Origin: Ophelia neglecta
Lineage: Eukaryota
DNA: 64,000 bases
Reading direction: 5' to 3'
Assembly (NCBI GenBank): GCA_965285935.1
Contig: OZ260666.1
Location: 14,632,001-14,696,000 of the forward strand
Part shown: positions 24,838 through 37,908 of the stretch, piece after piece
Numbering within the stretch: the stretch's first letter is position 1
Layout: each line of letters opens with the position of its first letter
The notes under the pieces: model-generated
Databases searched by the model: none
Seen by the model: the letters and a program-made list of their open reading frames with translations, nothing else
Told to the model about the DNA's origin: nothing
Program-made: the position numbers and the translations under genes

Positions 24838-27027
24838 GCTTAAGACCAAACTATAATCTGAGAAATGATCCTGTGGAACAATATAGTGAAGCCTCCATCG
24901 GATTTACAACTGTTGAGCAGTTTGTCCTATATATATATTGACCTCTAATTCAAATTGAGGAAACTTATTTTTAGCCTTATCTAACTTGGCTATATGTACC
25001 CGGATGAAGAATGATCTATGTTTGCCATCGTTATCAAATACACCAGAATTATGGATAATAACCTGTGTTTTCTTTCCAATTATATCTAATTATTGGGAAG
25101 TCATGGGGCTGCATATTCAAATATAAACATGTAGGAGGAAGCATATATTGGACAATTTTCAAAAATGTGCGTTGTACGTGACCTTTTAATATACGATAGC
25201 TTCGAAGATAATCGAGCATGACACAGCCTCAGGTCAAATGCAGGTCAAACCTGAGGCCCAGTTTATACAAGAATTTCTAATGATTGCTCACACTACGCAT
25301 CTCATGCTGAAACTGCGCATCATGAATGAGCATGCAGCATACTGATATTTTGTCATATATCTCATATGTATAATACTTAAGGTTCCGCGCGTGTGCACTG
25401 GTGCGCGCTGCTCGCGCGGGTTTTCTTTGGCGTCGAGGAAGGACCACTCTATTCGCTGCTTCTAAACATACATCATGATTCAGTGTAGACTGAAAGTCCC
25501 ACTAGGGTACTACAGCCGTGTCAAAATAACACGTGACACTCTGATAACGCCTAAGTTAGCGCTCGCTCTGTTTCGACTAAGTGCGCAGGAGCCATGGCGA
25601 TAAGCGTGCAGGATACGGCAGGGCTATTTGGTGGTGAGGAAAATCTTGTCAAGAAAGGCGAAAATGCCGGCAAAATTAGGGGTAGCGTGAGATTTTAGTA
25701 ACACGGAGTGGTTCAAATTCATGCATTAGCTTCTGGGGAAAATGTTTGTGTCATCATATGAGTCATTTACCGAAGGGCGAACACAGTTTCTGCGATGTGT
25801 GGCAATCAGTTGTTGATTTGCGAAAAATGCTTATTACACTTGAAAGCTAAAATTTATGATTAATACTAAACACTCCATAAGCATGTGTCTCAGTTAGGGG
25901 GAAAGTAATCGGATAAATTATTTTAATAAGGTTATAAACGAGATAATATTGTGAGAGGGATTCATACAACCGACATAAATTGTACTGAACCTCTGACGAA
26001 TGATCGCCATATATTGCTAAAGAAACCTAATCATTCACGATGTTACACTTTTGCAGTCTACTCGGCCCAACTCAGTAGCATCCCATAATTTTTTGTGATG
26101 ACAATCTAGAGCCTTCCTCGCAGAATATACCGCGAGCGGAGCACCCCTGTGAAAAGTCTCCGAGGGACTAATCTTAATTCTACGCATCGATATCAGAACA
26201 AAGTCTTATTCAATTCAGATGAACTAGTAAATGTGTAACTATCTTACAAAGTTAGCGTGTAAGCCAGACCCTTTATCAATGTGACCATCATCAAGAGTTT
26301 CTTCCTGACTGAAACGCGACGCAACCGACGTCAACTGTTTCCACGCGTTGCCACATGGGATAGCAGTAGGGGACAAAAATGAAAGTAATGGCCGACATAA
26401 TATTGAATCTGCGACATCAGAATGTTGTCGGTGCCGATTTGCCGCTACCAGATGTGAAAGAAAACAACCGAGTTGATTTTTAAAACAATGGCTGGCCTGC
26501 CGAGGATTTGCACTATTTGCCTGCAGTTCTAATGTATAGTCGTTTAAGTTGAGATCAACATACATGGCTGACACGAGCTTGACCCAAATAAAACTTTTTT
26601 GCATCCGCTTAGTGGTTTTATGTACTTGGGATACATTTAAACAAAATGCATGACAAAATCATCCTGCTGTTGGCGCAAACAAGCATCAGATGATATATGG
26701 AGTGAAGCTAGCACATGCTGGCTACAGGCTTGGAAAGAATGATACACTTTCAGTATTATCAACCGACACCGCCATTAGGTCGCTGATATGTTGCTTTTTA
26801 CCATAGCCCTAGTCGCAGTACCGGCTAGACTAGGCAATCACGGTAAACTAAGCGCACACTATGTTTTTTGGAGCAGTCCGTTAACCCCCCCCCCCCCCCT
26901 ATCCCACACAAAGTCTTCCCACTACATACAAAATGGAATAGCCTTGAACACGACACAAGCTTAATGTCTCATTTGTTGTCGCAATTCCTGATACTTTTCG
27001 CATTATTTTTCATAATTGCGAAGACCA

Positions 27028-27069
27028 GGAAAATTTCCACGTCACAAAAAGTTCTGCATGGGATTTCCC
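27028..27069. promoter_or_regulatory. Paired NF-kB-like sites with a CRE half-site in the D/C divergent spacer
   Basis: GGAAAATTTCC (27028-27038), ACGTCA (27039-27044) and canonical GGGATTTCCC (27060-27069). Motif match only. Confidence 0.4.
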
Positions 27070-30000
27070 TACTCTACTAGTAGTAACACTTATTTACGAA
27101 ATCGCATGGTACGCAACATTTTCCAGCACACGAAAGATTCCTGGTTCACAATAACTTAGATTTATTTAATTGTTTAATAAATGCTATGCATACTGTAGTT
27201 TACGCCCAGTTTGTATTCATCTAAAAATATTTAACCCACGCCCCAGCAGTAGTTTTAGAATTATCGGACAGTGTAAGTCGCTCGAGAGCAACATAAGACC
27301 GAATACACCACGTCTTAATACAGCAGCTGTATTTAGATGCGGTGTATATCTACAACACGTCTGATTATTATTATTTCCTTGACTTCGTTGCGCTTTCAAT
27401 TATTTTACACGTATTGGTATATTTCACGGTAAACCTTTGATATAGTCGTGCCGCAGAGTGGCAACTTACTATACTACTTAATTCTATATAGTCATATAAT
27501 CATCAGGCATGCAATAACCGACTCTTAGGCTCACATGGGATTTATTGGCCTAATTAGCCAATATGAGGTCTACTAATTACCTTTTCTGCATATTTGTGGT
27601 TCACTAAAACCTTATAGTTATGGTTAAAACAGGTAAACCAGAACCCTCTCAATTGGAATTTCGTTTTTTATCTTCCATTAATAGTATTCATGTACTATAC
27701 TCTATGCAAGTTGAGTCATCCCGGAAATTAGCCATATATATCTACCGCTTCTGATTCTAGCCCGTTCTGGTTCTGAGTAGTACGGTTATATCATCAAAAT
27801 GGCATCACATAGGGATTCAGGTTAAACAATGATCCTGTAGCTGTTCCTGTAGCAGCGCCATTGAAAATGAACGATTTGAAACATAACTATGGAGTGTATG
27901 ATCGCCTTATCAACTTGAACATAATCATGCTAGGGCAACGACAAAAAATGCAAGGTCTACTTATGTTTTCATCCAGGCGTTAGGTAAGACTTGACAGGCA
28001 GAGTGACTTCTCGTGAATTAAAATTAACTATCCCCACCACACGCAATCCAGGGTTTGCATACTGAAATAGCATTGCTTTTTATTTCTAAGAAGATGATAC
28101 ACAGAATGAGGGGACATGCATCCCAACAGGATATAAATATTCATCATCGCCCTTGCCGAATGATTCAAGAGAGTTCAAGCAAATAATTATTAACTATTAT
28201 TGGCGGCGGCATATTTATGTCAGTTATCCCATTATGTCTAATTATAGCGACTGTGGTGATGTGTCATATACATAAACGCAGGAGGAGAGAAAACATTATA
28301 TTTAGCTACAAGACCGGAGCTGACTAACTTTCAAAGATAGGTAATCACCCGCTCACTACCCCAGGTTTTTGTAGATATATTGACCTTAGCTAATCAGACC
28401 CGCGGGAGAACATGCACTGACCAGCCCATTGTCATAGATACACATGTCATCGCATTTAATTGTTGGTGATGGGGAATGAAGTGGATGCAAACCACACCAT
28501 GCCATGTAAAATGCCTCGTTTATCTCGGCTTGACCATGAAATTGTGAGGGTACATAGCCAAGAGATAATAAGCCTGTCCCACAAATGTTTCGCTGTTCCA
28601 TGTGTCTTTGTACATTAACCTATTCTTTATGATGCGTCAAAGGATGATTTGTCATAATCGTAGTTTAGTTGAACTGATTTGTTTCTTACCTTCAAGGACA
28701 AACTTTCCTTTGGGTTCATTGTTAATAAGACTTTTATTGATAATGTGAACCGAATTGGCCTCTCAGTAGCAGACCGATAAAGAGATGTGCATCCATGATT
28801 GTGACTTAATTTACTTTAATGCTAATGTATATAATACAATTGGATAAAATTAACAATGTTTCTATATTTGAATTACACTGCTCTGCCGAATATACATATT
28901 GTTATTATATATATATATAGGACCTATCTACTACAGCAAATGAATATAGCACGTGGATATCGCTATATCCGCAGCAAGCGCGCTATATCCACGAGATCCT
29001 TTAGCTCAGTAATCCTATATTGAGGATAATTGCCAATAACATCACATGATTACGGATAGCGCGCATCACTGCACACGCGCAATTTGACTTAGATCTCTGA
29101 TGTACTGACACAAGTCAAATGGATAAGCTGCCATTGCCCTGGCTCAATGAGGTGGCCCTTCTATGTGATACACAACTGTAGGTACAAATGCAAATGACGT
29201 ATGTCTACTGTCCACTTCAGTTGTTCAAGAAGGTAAGTGCTAAAATGTTATATCATATACAGGCCATATCAATTAGGCCAGGGTGCTATAAATATATTTG
29301 TGCACATTCTATTCGAGATTAATACTCTGTTAAACCGAATTGTTAACAAATTCAATAAATCGAAAGTGTGTTATTGTCGTAAATTTCCCAGCAGGATTGA
29401 GTGTTGAGTTTCCTCACTTGCAAAAATGAATCGTTGCCAATAGAGTCCACTTCCATTTTGACTATTTACCGCTATAAACTTGATCGATTAAGACACATTG
29501 AGCTCCCTCATCCTTGTTTACTTGATCGGCAGATCACCATGCATACTTGCCTTTGAATGTTGAGTGTATGATGGGAAAACGAACATTTTAAATATAAATT
29601 TTAAGCGGTATATAGTCGCCGGGATCTGGGAACTAAGTGATTCTACCTGAGGGGTCAAGTTCCAGCCTTGAAAATAATTATTTGCCGAAAAAAAGTGTGA
29701 TGTTTTGAAAATCGGATAAACATCGCTTTTCATTTGATGATTTAGAAAGGATTCACCAATAGTACATAGCGATCTTTTTTTTTATTAATCACTATATTTT
29801 TAACACTTTTTTGCAGGTATATTTAGCCCAATTTTCCTTTTAAATTGCTATGCACACTTTCTGTTTCTAGTATAGCCATATCATTCAACTATTTTGGGTG
29901 GATGAGTATGACGAATATACTGATAGTGAAAGTTAATCATGCGGGCAGCGCAAATAGTACATTTATTTTTTTTTCAAATAAATTATATGCTATTTCTGGC

Positions 30001-31868
30001 ACCGTAAACGTTATCAATTAAGGAAATTGTAATCCCCTTCGTCATAATCATGACAAATCTCTTCCACTTTCTTTTTCATTTGCATATTATTTTCCTGAAC
30101 ACTGAAAATGAGGTAAATCTCCAAGTTTGAATCTATCTGGCCCATTGATATGGCATATTACAATGATAATCAATAATCAAGTATAATCAATTATTTAGCT
30201 CTAATACCGTCTAATAGAACCGTCAGTTGCAAGCATTAACATCACTCTTCAGTTCTCTAGCTAAGTGATCAATATATACATTTGGCTTTCCCAGGGTGAT
30301 AGGTCACATGCATCGGTTGTATACTGATATAGCAGTGCATGCTGTAGATTCAGGCTTTCAGTAATACAAAATGACACTGATTCATTTTAGAGATTAAACT
30401 TTATATTTCAGAGTGATGGAGATTTAATGTCCTGAATTTCGTTGGAATTCGATGACCTTTTATATCGGTCTTATTTTTCAAGACTAATCCATTTGTATGC
30501 TCACATTTAAGACAAAGATTTAACTACGATACCCTCTCCCAGGAAATACCTTAAACTGTCTTACGTATCTGTAGACCATTATTAGCGCACCTATTCAGGT
30601 TGTGAAAACCCTATCACGAAGGACGGGCACCTTGGACCATTGTATTGACCAAACACTACAAGTTAAGCGTGTCCATTATTATGTCATCTAAAAAGAAACC
30701 ACATGTATAACTGTACTATTGATTTGGCATTGACCGATGTGTCATAGAAAAAAAGATCTGTCACTCACTTGTGGGTATTAAGTTTAAGAAGGAATTGCTT
30801 AAATATATATCAAGAGGATTGATTGGCAGAAAATATAAGCAAGGGGTCTAATGATGGCCTTTTATTTGATCTTAACGTCAATATCTGATTCCAATTGGGG
30901 AGATTAATCATCCGATGCTGAAATGATGTACCGAATGCATATTGTTAAATCACATCCCTAATTTTCCTTATTGACTTGTGTCATAGTGTCTTATATATAA
31001 TAATCTCTTCGGTAAAAAAAAATTATCTATTTCCCTTAAAAATACTTCCAAATGTTTAATTTCTGTAAAATTAAGATTACACTGTGACACCCATTGTCCT
31101 GCTCAGTACAGTAAAAAACAATTCTTAATTACATTTAACGATAGCAATATAAATTAATTTTCTATTTCCTTTCCAAAATAATGTGCCAAAGCCAATATAC
31201 GAAAATAAACTGCCCTCGTGTAAAGCCTGGCCTAAAGATTTTTTTAAAGGAATTAAGCAAACAGAACTGTCATCCCTCATTTATTTTGTTTAAAAAGGGT
31301 CTGGAAACACCATTTTATATTAAAATCAGATTATAAAATTGATGTGCCTCACTGTCTTGAGAATATTTGGGAAAAAAATTCTGGTTCATCGATTTGGCGC
31401 TTCCGAGTTGGCAATTCGGGTTTACTTGTTCATCCTCTACTACATTTTTATGTACACAACTACGTCATAAGGAAACGTTTAAATTAAAAGTCATAGTAAG
31501 CAGTTGGCAGGTTTGCTTTTGCTTACATTTTCTCGTGTGTGTACCACCTGTACGAATCACTAATTTCTGATCTTCCTAATCAATAATATTGCATTTTCAG
31601 ATAATCAACGTGTCATATTTCTCATATAGTAATATTTTTCATCAGTTGTACGACGTAGCTCTGAACGCTCGGCAACATATAAAATAATGCCTGTTTTCCT
31701 TTATATAACAAATTACAGATTCCTTGAGAGAATTAAATTGGCAGAGGTGACGTTAGCAAGCTAGCAAACATGAAACTTATATCATGTGTATTATCTATGG
31801 TGTTGGTTCATTCCCACACAGGCGTTGCAATTGACGGTAAGAATATGCTCCTTCTTGAGATTTCTGAA

Positions 31869-32076
31869 NNNNNNNNNNNNNNNNNNNNNNNNNNNNNNNN
31901 NNNNNNNNNNNNNNNNNNNNNNNNNNNNNNNNNNNNNNNNNNNNNNNNNNNNNNNNNNNNNNNNNNNNNNNNNNNNNNNNNNNNNNNNNNNNNNNNNNNN
32001 NNNNNNNNNNNNNNNNNNNNNNNNNNNNNNNNNNNNNNNNNNNNNNNNNNNNNNNNNNNNNNNNNNNNNNNNNNNN
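31869..32076. other. Assembly gap (208 N) in intron 1 of gene C
   Basis: Run of N. Confidence 1.
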
Positions 32077-32577
32077 AAACCTTCTCATTTCATCAAGGTT
32101 TTTGCACGCAACTTGACCATTTGATCTCCATTATTTATCAACACTTGTTTTGTTTACAGTAAGACGCCCTGGCCCTGTGTCTGTCTGTGAGGGTGATGAA
32201 GCCAAATTCCAGGTGGATTTCCATCCAGGAATGATGGACACATTAAAGTCGGTACACGTTGAACAGGTCTCGCCGAAGGCAAGATACATCCTATATAAGA
32301 ACCGGAACGAAAAAACACACTTGGATGAGCCAAGGGCCTGGCTTGCCTGGAAAAAGATAAGCAATGGAGATCAACTTGAATTCCTCATTCGAAACATAAC
32401 TGTATTGGACGATGGTATCTATGAAATATATGTATATTGGGGAACAAAAGTGATGGAAATAAGTGCCATAGTGAATGTGTTTGGTTAGTCCTCGAGAACA
32501 ATTACAAAACACTTTATTGAGTTACAATAATTAATCAATCTAACGATCCATCTTTATATATATATATATATATCATC

Positions 32578-32703
32578 AATTCTTTTGTCACTTTCAACGA
32601 ATTGTATAATTGGGGTAATTATATATATATATATATATATAATTACATAATTACCCCAATAATTTCCCCAATTATACCATTAGTTGAAAGTGACAAAAGA
32701 ATT
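32578..32703. repeat. AT-centred inverted repeat (hairpin or cruciform)
   Basis: AATTCTTTTGTCACTTTCAAC ... GTTGAAAGTGACAAAAGAATT are exact reverse complements. Inner arms TATAATTGGGG / CCCCAATTATA surround an (AT)n run. Confidence 0.85.
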
Positions 32704-34763
32704 AATGAAACCAAAGAATCATAATGTAATACATTGAGTCACACTCACACTATATTTGTTTTCCTCATGTTTTAAAATCTGGCATGGAATCGGTGTAAAT
32801 TCGAAGTTTAGTCAATTTATTAAAGAATGTTAAGGCGCTATATGTTATCGCACAGATAGTATTCACCTATTGCTGGATATGGATTTTGTACTGATACTAT
32901 TAGAAATGCTATAACAATGCTTGGAATGGATCTAACATGTATTAGACACTAGGCGAGACCGGCGTACCAGCAATGAGAAGGGAATACATGTATCTCAGTA
33001 CGTTTTGAGAAGAGGGAAAATTACGATGATTGAGACAACCATAATTTCAGTGATAAATGGGTCAAACTACCTTTTCTTCTAGAAAGATTATATTTTAGTT
33101 TATATATATTAAATTGTTTGGCTAACCTTAACTACCATATGCGAATTTGCTCAACGTCACATGTTAGTAACCGGATTGTGGTTAAAATGAAGATATTTTA
33201 CATCGTTGGGGTTGGTTGAGGATGGATATTGAATGTCTAATAATGCCCGGCACCATTGGTTCCACTTTTCTATTATTTCATAATATTAAACATAAAAAGG
33301 CATCTTCGATCTGTGCCTACTGCTTGTATAGGCGAATGATATAATTATCTTCTGGACATGGTTTGCGACACAATAGACCTAAAATAGGACATATTAAGTA
33401 TATACCATGCATGTCAATGAAATGTCTCCATTGAATACACCGAATTCATGTTATGTAATCAATTCGTTATCCATGTTTTGTAGGCTGCCCTGACAGAGAA
33501 TGGCTGATGTACCCTCCAATCTCCTATGGATAAAACACATCCGCATTCACCAGTGTATACAATGACGGCCTGGAAGTCAAACCAGGTAATGTGATCCTCC
33601 GGGTGGATATACCGGCAGCCAATCCGCCAGTCTTCTGCACCGTGTCCACCGTGTCAACAGCACAGCCTCACTGCATGGGACTGCCAGACATAACTTGTAC
33701 CTTGTCCAATGGCAAGGCACATTATCACTGCAGAGGAACAACACATATGACATATATGTGTGAAGTGGATCTTCAGTTTGATGTTGCCAGGGAGGACCAG
33801 ACTATAAACGTGAGCCTGTCATTTATCGCATATGGAGCAAAGACAACCCAACTACGTGTCCACGTCAAAGGTTAGTTAGGTCGTATAAGAATCGTGTGGC
33901 GTTTTATAGCCCTAGGCTGAAAGAATAACTATGAAAAGGAAACTCTCTGACATTTGTATTTTGCACTATTAATAGTCAAACTATTGGAAGTGTGTATGCC
34001 ATATTCATATTGCAACTTGTATTCACGTTACTTAGCATACCTAGTGTTCTTTTCATACAGGCACATTCATAAGATCATTTAATGCTTTTCGTTCATCAGA
34101 GGAAATTATAGAAGAAGTGACGACAACCATCGTATCTGGACAAGAGCATCCCAAAAGCACAAAATCAACGCCGGCAACTGTAATTACCATTGTTGTTTTA
34201 GTTACACTGGCAATAATTGGTGTTTTAGCCGCGGTGTCATACTATCAGCTAAGACAACAAAAAGAGGAAAACACCAACCGAACAGATGTAGAGGTAACAA
34301 CATACATTATGATGGCTTGCTTTTGATCAAATTTAAAAGTCCTAATAAACAAAGAGTTCGACTAATGTTTCATTTCAAATATGATATAATAAATAAAGGA
34401 AAGAAATAAAGTAAAAAGAAACGGGAGTTGATACCCGGCAGAGAAAGCAAAATTATTAATTCATTAAATCGGTAGAAAATCAGCGGGAACCGACTGCAAT
34501 TACAAATCAATCTAGGGCCTACACTTTGAGTACTGCCATATTTGAACTTTTTATAAGTGTATTTTAAGACAGGAAATGACCTACCTGGTGCCATGTGCCG
34601 ATAAACGCTAAAAATATAAATCCTACCAATAGAAACACTCACATTATACGAACAAAATAGTTGCATTATTTCGACATGGGCATTATGATGCCTACGGCAA
34701 ACGTTTTCAACAGATAATGATTCGTTTTAAGGACCACAATAATGTACTTTTGTTCTCTCATAG

Positions 34764-35404
34764 GGTAAAGCAACCGAGCCACTTGTTCCTTCTGTGCAAA
34801 GTACAATTAGGACCCCAACGGAATTTTTTTTTCTTCTCTGCACATTGCGGCTTTTAATGGTGATTTGGCTGAGAAATGAGAAATGGCCTTGATTTACAAC
34901 TGTTAGACAAAACGGGTCGGACGCCATTGGTTGCTTATGCTCGAGAAGGTTATATGAGTATTGTCCGGTATCTCATTGAAAAGGGTGCTGATGTCAATTA
35001 CTCAGGTATTGGAGGATACCCATCCTTATCTGGGGAAGCCATTAAGGGCCACTTGGATGTAATAGAAATATTATGCGAAAATGGCGCTGATCTACAAACA
35101 CCAAATAGTAATGGAGAAACAGCTTTACACTACCCTGCCATGAAAGGAGATATAAAGACAATGCGGGTTCTTTTGAATGGAAGAAATGCTGATATTCAAA
35201 TTCTGAATGAACGCGTACAAACGCCGCTTGTTACTTCTTAAGTTGCTGTCACACTTTAGCGTATAGAGCTAACGTGTGTCTGGCGTATTGAAAAATTGGG
35301 TGTACGTTCGCGTAAGTTGCCATTCGTTCGTGACACGTTTGACATAAGGTCTTTGGCAGCGGTTAAATCGCTCAGTGACCACGGTGCCAATGTGGACCGG
35401 CCAG
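34764..35404 (+). pseudogene. Decayed duplicate of the gene C ankyrin exon (cassette 1)
   Basis: The acceptor and ~130 bp of upstream intron are homologous to those before 36943. Begins GKATEPLVPSV, frameshifts in a T run and stops at TGA 34890-34892. ANK homology continues in ORF 34876-35241, is interrupted by an ~105-bp insert, and resumes at 35348-35404. Confidence 0.85.
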
Positions 35405-36103
35405 TATTTGCTATATCGCCTTCAGTCTGGTATGACGGACGATACTGCGTATAAAACTTGTTACTGCGTAATATGCGCTGGTGTCACACGTGCTGCTGCT
35501 GTGAAATGTTATCTTCAAGTTAACACAACATTCAGACAGCTAACTTGCTATAATGGTTAGATTTTGTTGGTTATTTGGAACCGGACACAACAATAATGTT
35601 TTATGCCTTAGCCCCCAGGGGCAAGGTAGCTGTTCAGTGGGCAGGCTTTACTTGGCACCCGCCTTCCCTTGCGCTGATTAACAAATACAATGTAATGCTC
35701 CTTCTAATGCAGTGATTAACTGTAGTCTCCAACCATCCCCACTCCTTGGACTTGATTGGTTGGTTGTTTGTGGTTTTTCGTGACTTTCAACACTTATATG
35801 GCCATATCGCCACGTTGCCTACTTGAGGCAGTGGGCTCATTGCCCTCTTCGTGGATTTATTTCAGTAAATACCAGACCAAAGATGTTGCTAGAATGATGC
35901 GTTCCACTTTAAGAATTAAGCGACATTCGATTCCAAACTGTTAGAATTACAAAACAATCAAATGCCTTAACACTTTGCATTGTCACATTTTAAGCTTTCT
36001 TTTATCAGCTTCATGCCAATGAAAATAATAATGTTGTACGAAGCATATTCTCATTCTTTTCGTTTCAAGTCGCACACTAATATTTTCTTACGTTTTCTCC
36101 TAG

Positions 36104-36610
36104 ACAGAGCAAAACATCCCTCTTACTCATCCAAAAGAACCTATTCTGCCGAAGCCGGAGGAGGATTTTTTTCATCTGAAAACTGGGGCTCCGAACGCTG
36201 ATTTAGATGAGGTAAAGCTTTTGTGTCAAAACGGTTTTGTAAACAAAAATTAGAGAAATCGGTTGAACTATAGTCGGTGCCTATGAGCGCACAGGTTATA
36301 TTTCATTGAAAAGGACGGTGATGTCAATTACGCAGTTCCCGGAGGTTACGCCGCCTTATCTGGGGCTGTTTTCAAAGGACACTTGGATTATAGATCTATT
36401 GTGTAAACATCGCGCCGAACTACAAACAGCTTGTAAAGATGGATAAACCATTTTATGCTAACCTGCAGTGAACAGAGCCGTAGAGGCAGTTCGGGTTCTT
36501 TTGAATGAAGGCGCTGATAATTTAACTCTAAATACAAACGCTGCTTGCCATGATTTTCGAAAAGATTATGTATTGACTGTTAAATGGCCCATTACCAAAG
36601 GTGCCAATTG
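36104..36610 (+). pseudogene. Older decayed duplicate of the ankyrin exon (cassette 2)
   Basis: A phase-0 acceptor gives TEQNIPLTHPKEPILPKPEEDFFHLKTGAPNADLDEVKLLCQNG...*, which aligns to the start of the intact exon. Downstream DNA resembles ANK repeats 2-5 with indels. Confidence 0.7.
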
Positions 36611-37908
36611 TAGACATGCCATACTAGAAAGGCATAATCAGAATCAGAAATATCTCTATTTTGGCCATTCACGAATATATACATACAATAAACGATCACA
36701 ATAAGCTTTACAGACATGAAATGAACAGGGTGACCCTCACTAGGGCTGCTGTGCTGCCGCTAGCGTGGGGGCCACCTTCTATATAATAGAAAGTCATTAT
36801 CCAACCAAAGGAAACACTCATATTATACTAACAAAGTGGCTGCATTATTTCGAAATGAGCATGATAATGACTACTGTAAACGTTTCAAACAGATAATGTT
36901 TCGTTTCGAGCACCATAATAATGTATTTTTCTTCGCTCATAGGGTGCAGCAACCGAGCCACTTGTTCCTTCTGTGGACAAAACTATTAGGACCCCAGCGC
37001 AAGATTTTTCTCCTCTTCACATTGCGGCTTTGAACAATGATTTGAATGAGGTAAAGCGTCTGTGTAAAAATGGCGCTGAACTAGAAGTATTAGACAAAAT
37101 GGGTCGTACGCCACTCGGTGCCTCTGCTCGCGAAGGTCATACGTGTATTGTCCGGTATCTAATTGAGGAAGGTGCTGATGTCAATTACTCAGGATCCGGA
37201 GGTTACCCAGCCTTATCTGGGGCGGCCATCAAGGGCCACTTGGATATAATAGAACTATTGTGCGAAAATGGCGCTGAGCTTCACACAACAGATAGTAATG
37301 GAGAAACAGCTTTACACTACCCAGCCATGAAAGGAGACATAGAGACAATGCGGGTGCTGTTGAGTAGAAATGCTGATATTCAAATTCTAAATGAACACGG
37401 ACAAACGCCGCTTGCTATTGCTTCAGAAAAAGGTCATTTGCCAGCTGTTAAATGGCTAATTCGCCAAGGTGCCAATGTAGACCGGCCAGGCAGTGAAGGC
37501 AAGCCCCCGTTACACTGCGCGGCTGGGAAAGGACGCACGGAAGTTATAGAATGTCTCTTGGATCACGACGCAAACATACATACAGTAAATAAATTCGGCC
37601 AATCACCGCTTGGATCTGCTGCTGAGAAAGAGCAAATAGAGACAATGATAAACCTCATCCAGAGAGGCGCCAGTGTTAACCATCCGGAAGAAAACGGCCA
37701 ACCTCCTCTCCACTGTGCAGTATATAAGGAGGAACAGCTGAAGTCACTGCGGCTTCTCTTGGACAAAGGTGCAAACGAGGTCATGAGAAATAAAAACGGT
37801 CTTACTCCAGTTGATGTCGCCCGTAAAAATGGACATTTGCAAGCAGTTGAATGGTTAATCGACAAAGGTGCTTCTGAAAAACAGAGCAAGGCAAGCACTC
37901 AGTGTTAA

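Larger units (their letters stand above)
31770..37908 (+). pseudogene. Gene C: diverged paralog of A (signal peptide - Ig - Ig-like - TM - 9 ANK) with a premature TAA in exon 3
   Basis: Exons 31770..31836 (67 nt, same length as in A), 32160..32483, 33484..33870, 34100..34293 (TM VITIVVLVTLAIIGVLAAVSYY) and 36943..37908. Phases match. TAA at 33531-33533 falls where A has Gln (ISYG* vs ISYRQ). Exon 1 is separated from the rest by the N gap. Confidence 0.75.
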
